From contig CM075988.1 of assembly GCA_038087875.1 (NCBI GenBank), positions 9,240,001 through 9,304,000 of the forward strand: a stretch of 64,000 nt of DNA, read 5' to 3'. The DNA is from Malacoraja senta (Eukaryota). Below the pieces are notes generated by a model, which saw only the letters and a list, made by a program, of their open reading frames with translations, was not told the DNA's origin and did not search any database. Made by a program: the position numbers and the translations under genes. Below, in pieces: positions 26,506-38,035 of the stretch. The number at the start of each line of letters is the position of its first letter. Within the stretch, counting starts at the first letter, position 1.

Positions 26506-27109
26506 CTGATTTAGAAAACCCAATTGCTCAACATCTGGCTGACCAGGTAAAGGTTACTAAGTTCCCTTCTCACTCACTGAGGCCCTGATCGCCATGTGTT
26601 TTTCACACGCACCAGAAACCAAGTTGATTTGCTCCATTCCACTCAACAGAACTGTCTTCCTACTCATAAGGGCCCTAGTTCCTATGCTTCCCTACCTAAG
26701 CAGGTCCCCAGTTCCTGCACTGCATTTAAACTTTAAAAAAAGACTCAAAGTGCTGGAGTAACACGACAGATCAGGCATCATCTCTGGAGAACATGGATAG
26801 GTGACGTCACCTATTCTTGTTCTCCAGAGATGTTGCCTGACCCGGTGAGTTATTCCTGCACTTTATGCTTTTTTTTTAGTAATCCAGTGTTTGTAGTTCC
26901 TTCTTTCTCGATTTACATTTAACTAGATACCTTGTATTTATGAGCATACAAATAGCCAATTAATAAAAAAAATAACATCATATAGTTCAGAAAATCTGTT
27001 AGACCAGCACCACCAAAATCATACCAGATCATTGGTTTACTGTGTAGAGTGCAGGTAAGAATACACTATAGTCTAGGAAGGAAGTGTTTAAAGGAAGTTT
27101 AAATCAAAG

Positions 27110-27640
27110 ATGGACACAAAATGCTGGAGTAACTCAGCGGGACAGGCAGCATCTCTGGACAGAAGAAATGGGTAACGTTTCGGGTCGAGACCCTTCTTCA
27201 GACTGAAGGGGAAGGGAAGATATAGAGATAAGGAAGTGTATGGTGTGAGAACAAAACATCAAAAGAGGGTGGAGATCAAGGAAAATGTAGAATAAACCAT
27301 TGTTAACTAGGAGAAGGCAACAAAAAAGCAAACAGAGATAAAATGTAATCAGGGACAAGTCAGACGGGTTGGAGAACTAGGAAGGGAGAGGGATGGAGAG
27401 AGAGAGGGAAAGCAAGGGTTACTTGAAGTTAGAGAAGTCAATATTTATTCTGCTGCCCAAGCGAAATATGAGGTATTGCTCCTCAAATTTGCACTGGGTC
27501 TCACTCTGACAATGGAGGAGACCAAGGACAGAAAGGTCAGTGTGGGAATGGGAGAGGGAGTTAAAATGTCTAGCAACTGGGAGATTGGGTAGGTTTAGGG
27601 GGACTGAGTGGAGGTCTTCAGCGGAAAGATCGCTGAGCCA
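27110..27640 (-). mobile_element. Penelope-like element 3' fragment
   Basis: Minus strand KFEEQYLIFRLGS; homologous to 13110-13865 and 23250-23790. Confidence 0.85.
27171..27204 (-). ncRNA. Minimal type I hammerhead ribozyme motif (Penelope-associated)
   Basis: Reverse complement agt-ctgaaga-a-gggt-ctcg-accc-gaaac-gtt-acc: CUGANGA and GAAA boxes, 4-bp helix II, palindromic ACGT helix III. Activity not tested. Confidence 0.75.
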
Positions 27641-28181
27641 CTACAATGTGGTTGTTATTGACTTAATCTATTACTCTGCTAAATCTAACTTGTTTCCAGT
27701 GCCTTCAACTCAATTATATGCACAACCGCAATAAAGTTTTGTGATGCATTTGCAGCAACGGAGATGAATCACTGAAAGCTTATAAAATCTCATGGGGTAA
27801 TAATTTCAAGTGTATGCTCACGTAACATGTGACATTTTTAACAGTCTATTAGTAACAGAAAAAAGCCATTCAATGTTTCAAAACTGTTTAGCTGATTTAC
27901 GAGAAAACAACTGATGTATATTCTATCAACTCAGCTGGTTTCATGCACATTAATACACAGTAAAACTCTATTAATATCTATATGTACTGGTTCAAAGCCA
28001 TCAATTGAGCAAGCAACTATTTCTTTGTTGGAGAGAGTCGACAGTACTATCACTCCATGTGTAAAGTTCCACTTGCTACATTCTTTCTCTGATGGCCTGC
28101 CTCTGGCTTTGTCATGAAGATAGACACAAAGTGCTGGAGGAACTCAATGTGTCAGGCAGCATCACTGGAGGAAAAAGGATA

Positions 28182-28215
28182 GGTGACGTTTCAGGTCGGG
28201 ACCCTTCTTCAGACT
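28182..28215 (-). ncRNA. Minimal hammerhead ribozyme motif
   Basis: Reverse complement agt-ctgaaga-a-gggt-cccg-acct-gaaac-gtc-acc, with a GUC triplet. Confidence 0.7.
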
Positions 28216-29164
28216 CTGGGCTGTCATGTTCCCTTTTCCTAAATTTTATCAGCCATGGTAAAAAATATCTTCTTAACCACCCTCTAAACTACCCTTCTTA
28301 ACTATCTATAAACAAAACTGAACTAAACTACACTACTTCAATTTATTTTTGAAGTTCCAAATTTTTATTAATCATTACTTATCGTTCTGTATCTCAGAAA
28401 TAAAAGTTTGACCTAACTTTCTTGGCCATCTCTCACACTTCCAGTGTGATGCCTCAATTAAACCTCTTTCTTTTCAGCACTGTGAAGGGAATGTACATTC
28501 CAGGACAAATTCATTTGCTTCTCCATGACCATTGATGCATCTCCTCTATCCAAAGCATCTCTCTATGCAATCACAAGAGAGCCAATTCCCCTATTCCTTC
28601 CTTTCTTACCAACCCCTTTCTCTCCACAGATGTGCAGGTTTGTATGTTAATTTGTTTCTGTAAATTGTCCCTAGTGTGTGGGATAGAACTAATGAACAGG
28701 CAATCTTTGGTTGACCGGGAACTTGGTGGGCCTGTTTCCACGCTGTATCTCTAAAACCAAAACTAAACATAAGTGAAATTGAGTACAGTCCCACAGTATG
28801 TCCTCCTCTACATTAGGAAGGCCAAATGCAGCTTTGTTATGTTGAGTGCTCTGTGCTGTCCATAAGTGTGACATGTAGTTTGCACGTGGCTTCAATTTTT
28901 CACCCCTCTCTCACTCTTATCTCTATAGTCTGCAAGTCGAATGCTGTTCCAATGAAACTCAGTGCTAGCTGAGGAACAGAATCTTATTATTCAACCAGTA
29001 TGGTATAGGTTTTTGAACTCAAGATTAAGTTCAACAATTTGAGATGTTGATCTTGCTATACTTATTGCCACCTTGATTATTTTTAATTTCTTTGTTGTTT
29101 TAATACCCCTTCACACCACCACCATTTCTCATTTCATGATCATCAACCTCCCTTTTGCTCTTTT

Positions 29165-29427
29165 TTACAGCTCGGAAACAGGCCCATTGATCCAACGTGT
29201 CCCCATCCGACCACTATCCTACATACTAGGGGCAATTTACAATTTTACCAAAGCCAATGAACCTACAAACCTTTAATTCTTAGGAGTGAGGGAGGAATCT
29301 GGAGCACCCGGAGAAACACTACGCCATCACAGGGGGAAGTACAAACTCTGTACAGACAGCACCCGTAATCAGGATTAACCCGAGGCCTCTGGCGCTGTAA
29401 GGCAACAACTCTACCGCTGTGCCGCCT
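29165..29427 (-). mobile_element. V-SINE (HE1-like)
   Basis: Reverse complement of the SINE pattern. Confidence 0.85.
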
Positions 29428-30007
29428 CATTCTTTTTCTTTCTTTGCATCCAAAAATGTGTTTAACTTATACAACTCACGATAAAAGTTCATTAATTAGA
29501 AGGATTAACTTTTTTTTCTCTCTTGAAACACTTTCAGCATTTTCTATTTCTATCCCTAGTTTATATAATGTAACATATGGAGCCCTGATTATAGATTTAT
29601 GAACTCCTTCCAAAACCAAATATCCTTTCTGAGATGCAGTACTCCAGATATAGTGCAACCAGGGCATTCTAAAGCAATTATTTTCCTTTTCCTGCTGGTA
29701 CTTTGGATATGTGTATGAAGAAACTGCAGATGCTGGTTTAAATCAAAGATGGACACAAAATGCTGGAGTAACTCAGCGGGACAGGAAGCATCTCATGAGA
29801 GAAGGAATCGGTGACATTTCGGATCGAGACACTTCTTCAGACTTCTTCAGTACTTTGGATATATTGAGTTAACCTCTTTCATTATGTGCTGTACCTAACC
29901 ACCCATCCTGAGGTCATCTGTTGCCAGCCCTGATTTGTTCTGGTCCTTTCTCACATCCGGTTTATTTTTACCACCAAATTTAAGCTGTTAATTAGTTTTA
30001 GTTTTAA

Positions 30008-31871
30008 CTAGACCAAGTGCAGACCCGTTGGGTCTGGGCACCGAACGTGCGTTTGGGGCGGGTGGGCTGTGGCGTCACACTAACCACAGCCTGTACCTCC
30101 AAAGCACGGTTGCGGGGTGTGAATCTGGCACCCACAAATACACACACTCATCACCCCCCTTGATATTATATTAATATTTTAATTTTCTTCTTTTATCCCA
30201 TCTCCACCCTATCCACTGACGAATAGCCCTCACCTCTCAGGTGCGTCTCGAGGGGGGGTTGGAGAGAGAGAAAATTTAATGTTAGAAAAAAAAATTGTGA
30301 CGTGGCGGAGGAGGAGGGTTGAGAGGAAGGGGGGTGAGGAAGGTGGGGAGAGAGGAGGGTGAGAGAGGAGAGGGGTGGAGAGAGGAAGAAGAGGATGGGG
30401 GAGAGAGGTGAAGGGGGTGGGTTGGAGCAGGCGTGCATGAGTCGAGCCGCGGGCTGTGAAGAGAGAAGGGCAGAGAGAGAGAGAGAGAGGGGAGAGACAG
30501 ATAGACTGGTACACACAATAAAACTTGAGAAACACTGCGGGTGCAGCAGCATCTATGGAGTGAAGGAAATAGGCAATGCTTTTGGCCGAAACCCATCCTC
30601 AGACTTTTTTTTCACGAAACGTTGTCTATTTCCTTTGATCCATAGATGCTGCTGCACCCGCAGAGGTTATACAGCATTTTTTGTGTACCTTTGATTTTCA
30701 AGCATCTGCAGTTCTGTCTTAAAGACAGAGAGACTGTTGGCGGGCTGTTTTCCCAACGCGCGTTTGCGGGAGGGGGGGGGGCTGCGGCATCACACTCACA
30801 CTAACCACCCCCCAAACACAGGCAGGGGGAAGGGTGGAGAGGAAGACTGGGTGGGGAGAGAAGAGGGGAGAGGGAGATGGGGTGGGGAGAGAAGAGGAGA
30901 GGGGGAGGGAGGGGAGAGGGGGAGGAGGAAAGGGGAGAGATTGGTGAGGGAGAAGAGAGCAGGGTGGGGGAGAGGGAGGGGGAGGAGAGTGGGGAGTGGG
31001 AGGAGAGCGGGGAGGGCAGGCAGGGGGGAGAGGATGTTAGAGGTGGAGAGAGGGGATGAGGAGAAGGGGAGAGGAGTAGGGGGAAGAGAGGGAGAGAGGG
31101 AGGGGGGAGGGAGAGAGGTGGGGGAGGGAGAGGGGAAGAGTGGGGAGTGAGGGGCAGAGGGGTAGCGGGGAGTGGTGCAAGAGAGAGGGGAAGGGGTGGG
31201 GGGGAGATGGGGGTGAAGAGGTGGGGTGGAGGGGGAAGAGAGGGGGTGGGAGTGGAGGGAGGGGGAGAGGAGAGAGGGGGAAGAGTGGGGAGGGAGAGTG
31301 GAAGTAGGAGGGGTAGGGACAGTCCATCTGTTCCCCATTCCCTATCACCCCCAATCCTCTTTCTCTATAAGCACACACGTGACGACGCCCTTCAACACAG
31401 GCTGCAGGGGGTGGGGGGGAGGGGCTGGGGCTGGGGCTGCTGCAAAGGCATATGTAAATGGATCCATTCCGATTTGTCATCTGTGAGCATTGGGCATTGT
31501 GACATCACACAACGGAATCTTTATTAACATTCTATGGCTGAGAGCTGTTTGTTTAACATTTTGAAATGTTGGGGTGGGTGGGGGGAGAAGTATTTTATTT
31601 TAAAAAGTGTACATAAACACAATGAAATTTAATCAGGAGTGGCTATTCGTAAAGAAAAATGAAATCTCTTTCGAAATTGAAAACAATATCGGCGTTTCTG
31701 CATGCGGTGTGGGCGTAGGGCGGTATCAAAGGTGCTGGGTGGCACAAGTCAAGCAGGCGGACGGACGGATGGACGGATGGACGGATGGCAGCCACAGAGT
31801 TTTATATAATAGAGGCGGACGGATGGATGGACGGATGGACGGATGGCAGCCACAGAGTTTTATATAATAGA
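30008..31871 (-). mobile_element. Non-autonomous Helitron
   Basis: Minus strand starts TCTATTATATAAAA and ends CTAG; subterminal hairpin agacccgttgggtct (30021-30035); sits between A and T with no TSD, splitting a SINE tail. Confidence 0.85.
30820..31320. repeat. Polypurine (G/A) low-complexity tract inside the Helitron
   Basis: About 500 bp almost entirely G and A, with many G3+ runs. Confidence 0.95.
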
Positions 31872-33489
31872 TAGATGGTATAGCATGAAAACAGGCCCTT
31901 CATTCCTCCAAGTCCATGCCGACCATCTGCAGTTCCTTGTCTCTATTATTCAATCTACTTATTTATATAATTTTACATGGAATTGAATCAATTCATTAAA
32001 TATTTGGATTTTTTTCTTTCAGAAATGAGGATTGTGAAATCACTCAATTGTGTAAAAAACCACCTGCTTTCCTTATCAATACTTCCTTTGTGCGGTGAAT
32101 TCTTTGTGAGTCAAGTCAACATTGCAGTGTAAGGTTTTTGAGGGATGAGCAGTAATGGCAGTAATGCTTAATCCCTTAAATGAACATGGGAACTCAATGT
32201 TTGTGCCATCCAACAATTCAGATGCATCACTCTATATATTTGTTTCTGTCATTGATAAATATGGTGAATAATTGAAAACCTATCCATTTGGGATATCATG
32301 CAACATGGTTTTCCAATTAATTTCCATTATCCCCTCTCTCTCTTTGATCATCCAATCAGTCTACTAACAAGCTTAATAATATGTCTTCAATTATATTTGA
32401 CCTAAATTATTTGGAACCTTTTGTGTGTTTTCTAACATAGCAAGTAATAGATCACATAATCTTTATCCTGTTTACGATTTTAGCTGTTGTCTCAAAATTA
32501 AATTAATGGTATTCATTTAACATGAGTCTGAAGAAGGGTCCCGAACCAAACAATTGGCTTATCTATTCCTTCCACTGATGCTGCCTGATTGCTGAGTTCC
32601 TCCAGCACTTTATGTTTTGACACTGAATAGGTTGGCTTCAAATGAGCTCCAAACTTTCCCCTTGGATGATGATTCATCCTTGAATATAACTTTGAACAAC
32701 TTGGCTCCAACATATAATGCCAATAGATTTTACAACTGCTCTCCATTTTTCAGCTTTGTTAAATAATGAAGTTAACTTTGTAAACTTCCAAACACCAGGA
32801 ACAACTTATGAATCAAGAGAGTTGTGAAAGATTGCAGGTGAAACATTTGTGTAATTTCTGCAATTAGTTCTTCTAAATCCATGAGCATGAACACGTTGTG
32901 AAAGGTTTGATTTGTCTATATTGGTATTCTTTGTTCTAGTTTTGTCTCTTTGCTTATGTTAGCTGTAGTGAATTCAGTCCCCTGTCTGCTGCCAGTGTCT
33001 CTGGAATGTGAAATATGTTCTTGTCAACTGCAAAGACCCAGAATAAGTAATTACTCAATGAATTTGGCATTTTCTAACTGTGATTTGGAGTATAACCTAC
33101 TAGAGTTTTGAAAATTAGTTTTTAAGTTGTACTTTCTATGGTAACATTTTCCAGACTTTCAAAAGTTAAGAGAGTCAAGAGTGTTTTATCGTCTTATGTA
33201 CCAAACAATTAAATTCTTACTCGCAGCAGCACAACAGGTTTGTAAACCAAGTACTCAATAGATAACATAATAGTAAGATTAAACGAGAACTTACCAGTTT
33301 GAAGTTTGATCTTTATTTTATGAGGAGTTACGATGAGGGACTACGTGAAGAAGACTCCGTCCAGCCGCACACGTGTCAATCTTCAAAGCAGCGGTGTGAA
33401 ATCACCGAAAATAATTACTGAAGTATGATAGTAAGATACGTGAAGACTAGAACTACCAGTTGACCTTGATGAGAGGTGGGAGCGGAGGG

Positions 33490-33602
33490 CACGTAGTCCC
33501 TCATCGTAACTCCTCATAAAATAAAGATCAAACTTCAAACTGGTAAGTTCTCATTTAATCTTACTATTTTACTTCGGAGTCACGTGAGTGACTGCGTGAA
33601 GA
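33490..33602. repeat. DIRS internal complementary region (copy 1)
   Basis: 33490-33568 is the reverse complement of 33269-33347 (one mismatch); 33565-33602 is the reverse complement of ~37687-37724. Confidence 0.95.
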
Positions 33603-33754
33603 TTTTAAAGCTGTGATTTCATGCCGTAGATTCAAATCCAGGCGTCTCACTGCATTGATTGACTCTAAATGAGTAAAGTAATCAACAATGCTTAACCACA
33701 ACATAGATGCAATCAGTTAATGGTTTATTTATCACAACAATAGTAACCCATTTA

Positions 33755-34751
33755 TCACAAGGGGGAACTTAATACTGAATCCAAAACAGCACCACCAAAT
33801 AACCCAGGATCTGTAATCTCCTTATGGTAATACTTGTGAAACATCCGTTCACTTGCCCATCCTGCGGCCGCGAGGATAAGGTCTATTGGAACGTCCAAAT
33901 CCTTGGCCGCCGATGTTGATGCCGCCCTGGTGGAATGAGATTTAAATTTATCAGTATCAGTACCTGCATCAACCAACACCAGCTTCAGCCATCTTGAAAT
34001 AGTCTGAACTGACACTTTCTTATGCGATTTTTTATGGCTGATAAAGAATGCTGCTTCTGCATCTCTTAAGGTTCTGGTGGCCTCAATGTAACATCGTAAA
34101 TGTGATACTACACATAGACGTGGATCCGTAGGATCTGCTGAATAAACCAACTTACATTCTGTGAGTCCAGGTCTACTCTGTTTAAGCAAATCATAGACAT
34201 AGAACGTAATGGCATCTGCTGCTATTATCATCCTGGTTATTCGAAGTTCCTAAATTTGTTTGCACTCTCTGTGCTGAAACCAGTGCCATGAGCATGACTA
34301 CCTTCATGGTAATTTTGGCCAATGACAGAGCTTCAATAGGAGTCCATTGGCAAAGGAGCATTAGCACATCTCATACTTTCCAGATTTCTGTATACCTGGG
34401 TCTAGGAGGCTTGAAATTAAAAATTCCCTTCATAAACCTACAGACCAAAGGGTGTGATCCTACAGGATTTTGTTCTGATTCCCTCCATAGATATGCAGAA
34501 AGAGCACTCCTTGCAGTATTGATGGCACTATAGCTTAACTGTAAATCAAAATAAAGAGTTGACAGAAACTCTAACATGTCTGAGTTGTCTCCAGTGTGAT
34601 ATGTAATATTCTGTTGTAAGCAAAACACCTCCCATTTCCTTATGTAAGAAATGTACTGCTTCTGGGTACCATTCCTCCAGGCTGCCGCAATAACATCCAC
34701 AGTACGATCTGATAGTCCTCTTCCGAGATATGGCCTCCTTAGAATCTGCAA
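33755..34751 (-). pseudogene. DIRS tyrosine recombinase, frameshifted
   Basis: N-terminal SYSAINTARSALS...HPLVCRFMKG; catalytic region LKQSRPG, HSTR, AAGWAS..FHKYY. Confidence 0.9.
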
Positions 34752-34779
34752 ATCAACAAACCAATACGATCATGTAAAG

Positions 34780-35200
34780 GATGCGAATCACCAGTTACAG
34801 GGTGCACAAGCAGGTTTTCCTGTTTACGAATAATCATAAGGGGCTTTGTGATCATTCTTAACACCAGAGGGTACCACGGTTGTGCAGGCCAGTCTGGTAC
34901 CTCCAAAACCCCTGAAGGTCTTGTTTGATCTTCTGTATAGACAGACTAATGAGGCAAAATGGAGGAAATGCATACAGAAACATACTACCCTAATGCAGCG
35001 AGAAAGCGTCCACCGCTACTGCACCAGGATCAGGTTCCCATGACACATATTTAGGTAATTGGTGGTTAAGTCTGGATGCAAACAAGTCAATCTCTGGCAT
35101 CCCAAACCGTGCAACAATTTTATTAAATTTGTCACAATCCAACATCCATTCTGTATTTTCATTGAATTTACGTGACCTTGTGTCTGCAGCTATGTTGAAT
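34780..35200 (-). pseudogene. DIRS Dam-like adenine methyltransferase domain
   Basis: EWML...IDLFASRLN...DAFS followed by YAFPPF and PDWPAQPWYP. Confidence 0.8.
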
Positions 35201-35250
35201 CTACCTGGTAGGTAGATTGCCGAAAGCCAAATGTTTCTGGTAATACACCA

Positions 35251-35383
35251 AGTCAAGTCAAGTCAAGTCACATTTATTTATATAGCACATTTAAAAAACA
35301 ACTCTCGTTGGCCAAAGTGCTTTACATTTGTTATAAGAATAGCATAAACAAAACAAACTACATACATATATACATGTAGCCTT
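35251..35383 (-). mobile_element. L2-type 3' tail fragment inserted in the DIRS RNase H region
   Basis: TSD cacca (35246-35250, 35384-35388); minus strand tgtaaagcactttg...gctatataaataaa(tgact)n; IWTW|CITR frame rejoins. Confidence 0.8.
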
Positions 35384-36165
35384 CACCAGGTCCAGATCAC
35401 GTTTGCCAATCTATCACAAGATTCTGACTTGATACCACCCATGTGATTAACATACGCTACGGCCATAGTATTGTTAATCTGTACCTGAACATGCAAATTT
35501 TGCATATTAGAACAATAAGCTTTAAGCCCATAAAATGTTCCTAAAAGCTCTAAATAATTGATCCCTTGTTCTTGGAGCAAAGGTACTTCCTCCACATTCC
35601 ATCTACCTCCACAGCTGGAAATAATATTAGTAGTGCCCCAACCTAGAGCACTTATATCAGTCTGTAGAATAATGGAAGGTGTTTCAACCAAAATTTCTCT
35701 GGAATCATTAGAGACACTGCTGATCCATCATTGTATTTCAGTAATAGCTGCAACTGGCAATTGCATGGGCCTGTCAAAATGCCCTGAACGTATCCTTAAT
35801 GCATGTACCTATGCTCGCTACAAATGCTGATAATGCAGTGGTCCAAACTGTACAGCTGGAAAAGAAGCAATTAATTTGCCAAGCAAGCTTTCTACCTGCC
35901 TAATTGAGGGTTGGTGCTGTGTAATGAGCTTAATACAACCTTCAATTAACTGCAGCCTTTTATCCTTGGGCAGAGTCACTACCATGTGTTCTGAATTAAT
36001 CGTGAAACCCAAGTAATCAATTACTGTGCTTGGTAATAGTTTGGATTAATCTGGGTGGATAATAAATCCCAGCCTCTCGTAAGTAAGCTTAATTCTTGAC
36101 ACTGATGCTTCTGTTGTAACCCGAGTGTCTCCCACAATCAGAATATCATCCAAATAGGCCATTAG
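35384..36165 (-). pseudogene. DIRS RT C-terminal part and RNase H
   Basis: MAYLDDILIVG, LGFIIHPD, GFTINS, LLGKL, TDISALGWG, INYLELLG, AVAYVNHMGG. Confidence 0.9.
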
Positions 36166-36199
36166 AAAATGGGCCATTAGCAAACCCCCAGACCCACCT

Positions 36200-37514
36200 A
36201 CCTTGGGGTTTGCCGATGGCAAATGTTGTCCCCTGCTCTTAATGGGAATACTGTAACCTCCACGCGTCCCAGGAGCAGTGCGCCAATAACGCATATATGG
36301 GAAAGACTGACTTGTTCCTTCACCGGCCCCAGTCACCACACGTCGGTAGGGAAACTGTCTTCGAGTTAATCTGCCAAGCACCGGTGGTTTCATCATCCCC
36401 ACGGTTTTTGCTTCTTCATTCAGGTCTTTTACCCTTTTGGCTAGATTCTTTCCAAAAAGCAGATTAGGCAATTGATTATTAGATGGTTTACAGAGCCCCG
36501 CAAACTTAGGGTGAATGTTAGGTCTTATAGCACTTTTACGAATACAGTTTATTTCAAAGTGCGCACTACACATGAGTGCTAAGGCATCCTGTTGTGTTGC
36601 GGACACATGCTCTTCATCCAAGCCTCTGGCGAAGGCCTTATGCCTGACCCCAGCAATTTCAACACCCATTGTAATTTCATTTCTTGTGCGCGTACTGCTA
36701 TGCCCAAATAGCCCCATATTACATTATTCACCGCTGGGACTGCTGGCAGTGCGCAATTCTGCGGGGTTTCATATTTTTTGACAGTCTCATCCATGGTCAA
36801 TTCCTGGAGCTGATGGGAGAGCAAGTAATTTATAGTCATTGCTAATTCATCTCCCAATGGTTCCCCTGTTAGTCTGGGAACAGCAATTTTTTGTGCCAGA
36901 CCTGGTATTTTAGGCTCTGTTATTGGGCTCTGGTCCTCATATGATTCGTCATCTGAATCTTGCTGTTCCTTCTCATGTTGGGGGAGATCTGGCATCCCTG
37001 CTTCAGGTGTTTCTAGCACTGGCTCTCCCATAGGCCTACGCATAGTAAACCCTTTACCAGATTCTCCCCACGCGGGCTATCCTATAGGCCCACGCATAGG
37101 CAGCCCTCTTTCAGGTGCTGCTGGCGCTGGCTCTCCTGTAGGCCAACGCTTATACTGTCTTCCTTCAGACATTGTTAGCGCTGGCTCTCCTGTAGGCCAA
37201 CGCGGGCTGTATTCCTCCTGAAGTGGGTCTTGATAAATCATCTTCCCCATGAGGAATTCTAGACTAGCGACCCGAGCAGCCATAACTTCTGCCTGAGGCG
37301 GGTTCTCCGGGTCTGACTCCTCAGAGTCTACTGGCCGCACGGACTTTTGCCCGGCCTTGCGCCCTAATGGTGCTGCAACGGTACTTTCTACCGCATCTGG
37401 AGTTGATGGCCTCGCTGCCACCGACTCCTCAAACGGGCGCCCGCTTCCCTCAGACCCGCGGTCTTCTTGAGGTTTACCTGTGGTACGCCTCCCCCCTTTA
37501 CGCCCTCTCTCCAT
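36200..37514 (-). pseudogene. DIRS gag-like ORF, broken into three frames
   Basis: ORFs 37077-37514, 36579-37043 and 36046-36717; DALALMCSAHFEINCIRK..IRPNI...LFG is shared with copy 2. Confidence 0.8.
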
Positions 37515-37809
37515 ACTAACTTGTGTTGTCCCACAACTACAAGTCTACTCGGAGGAAAGCTACCTGAAAACGAAAGTGAAACCACTTACCTTCAGGCTTT
37601 TACACTTACCGCTTGGAGGAGCCTCTACACACGGTCGCTGCGCTATGCGTCTGACGATATGACGCGTGTGCGGCTGGACGGGGTCTTCTTCACGCAGTCA
37701 CTCACGTGACTCCGAAGTAAAATAAACAACCAAATAAATGTTCAAAAATTACAACAGCAAAAAAAAACTGTAAAAACAAAACCAAACCTGAAATCCTTAG
37801 TGCAACCAA

Positions 37810-38035
37810 GTCATAGAAACATAGAAACATCGAAAATAGGTGCAGGAGTATAATATTCGGCCCTTCAACCCACCACCGCCATTCAATATGATCATGGCTG
37901 ATCATCCACAATCAGTATCCCATTCCTGCTTTTCCCCCCATATCCCTTAGCCATAAGAACTAAATCTAATTATTTCTTAAAAACATTTAGTGAATTGGCC
38001 TCCATTGCCTTCTGTGGCAGAGAATTCCACTGATT
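37810..38035 (-). mobile_element. CR1 3' fragment
   Basis: (catagaaa)n tail; reverse complement of the 5925-6150 sequence type. Confidence 0.85.

Larger units (their letters stand above)
33269..37724 (-). mobile_element. DIRS1-type tyrosine-recombinase retrotransposon, internally deleted (copy 1)
   Basis: Order gag-like, RT remnant (YLDD), RNase H, Dam-like MT, YR; inverted termini; ICR 33490-33602 complementary to both ends. Confidence 0.95.

Noticed and set aside
30193..31527. Long Pro/Ser/Leu- and Gly/Glu/Arg-rich ORFs
   Set aside because: They arise from stop-poor G/A low-complexity sequence inside the Helitron.
31985..32110. Acceptor-like tttttctttcag followed by a short open frame (NEDCEITQLCKK...)
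   Set aside because: No strong donor, no recognisable peptide and no partner exons.
33755..35256. Phage integrase and Dam methylase suggesting a prophage or bacterial contamination
   Set aside because: Both are standard DIRS domains, lying between DIRS termini in vertebrate repeat context.
37560..37612. Two GTAAGT donor-like sites and a nearby acceptor in the DIRS leader (minus strand)
   Set aside because: The implied introns (under 50 nt) are too short and nothing else supports splicing.
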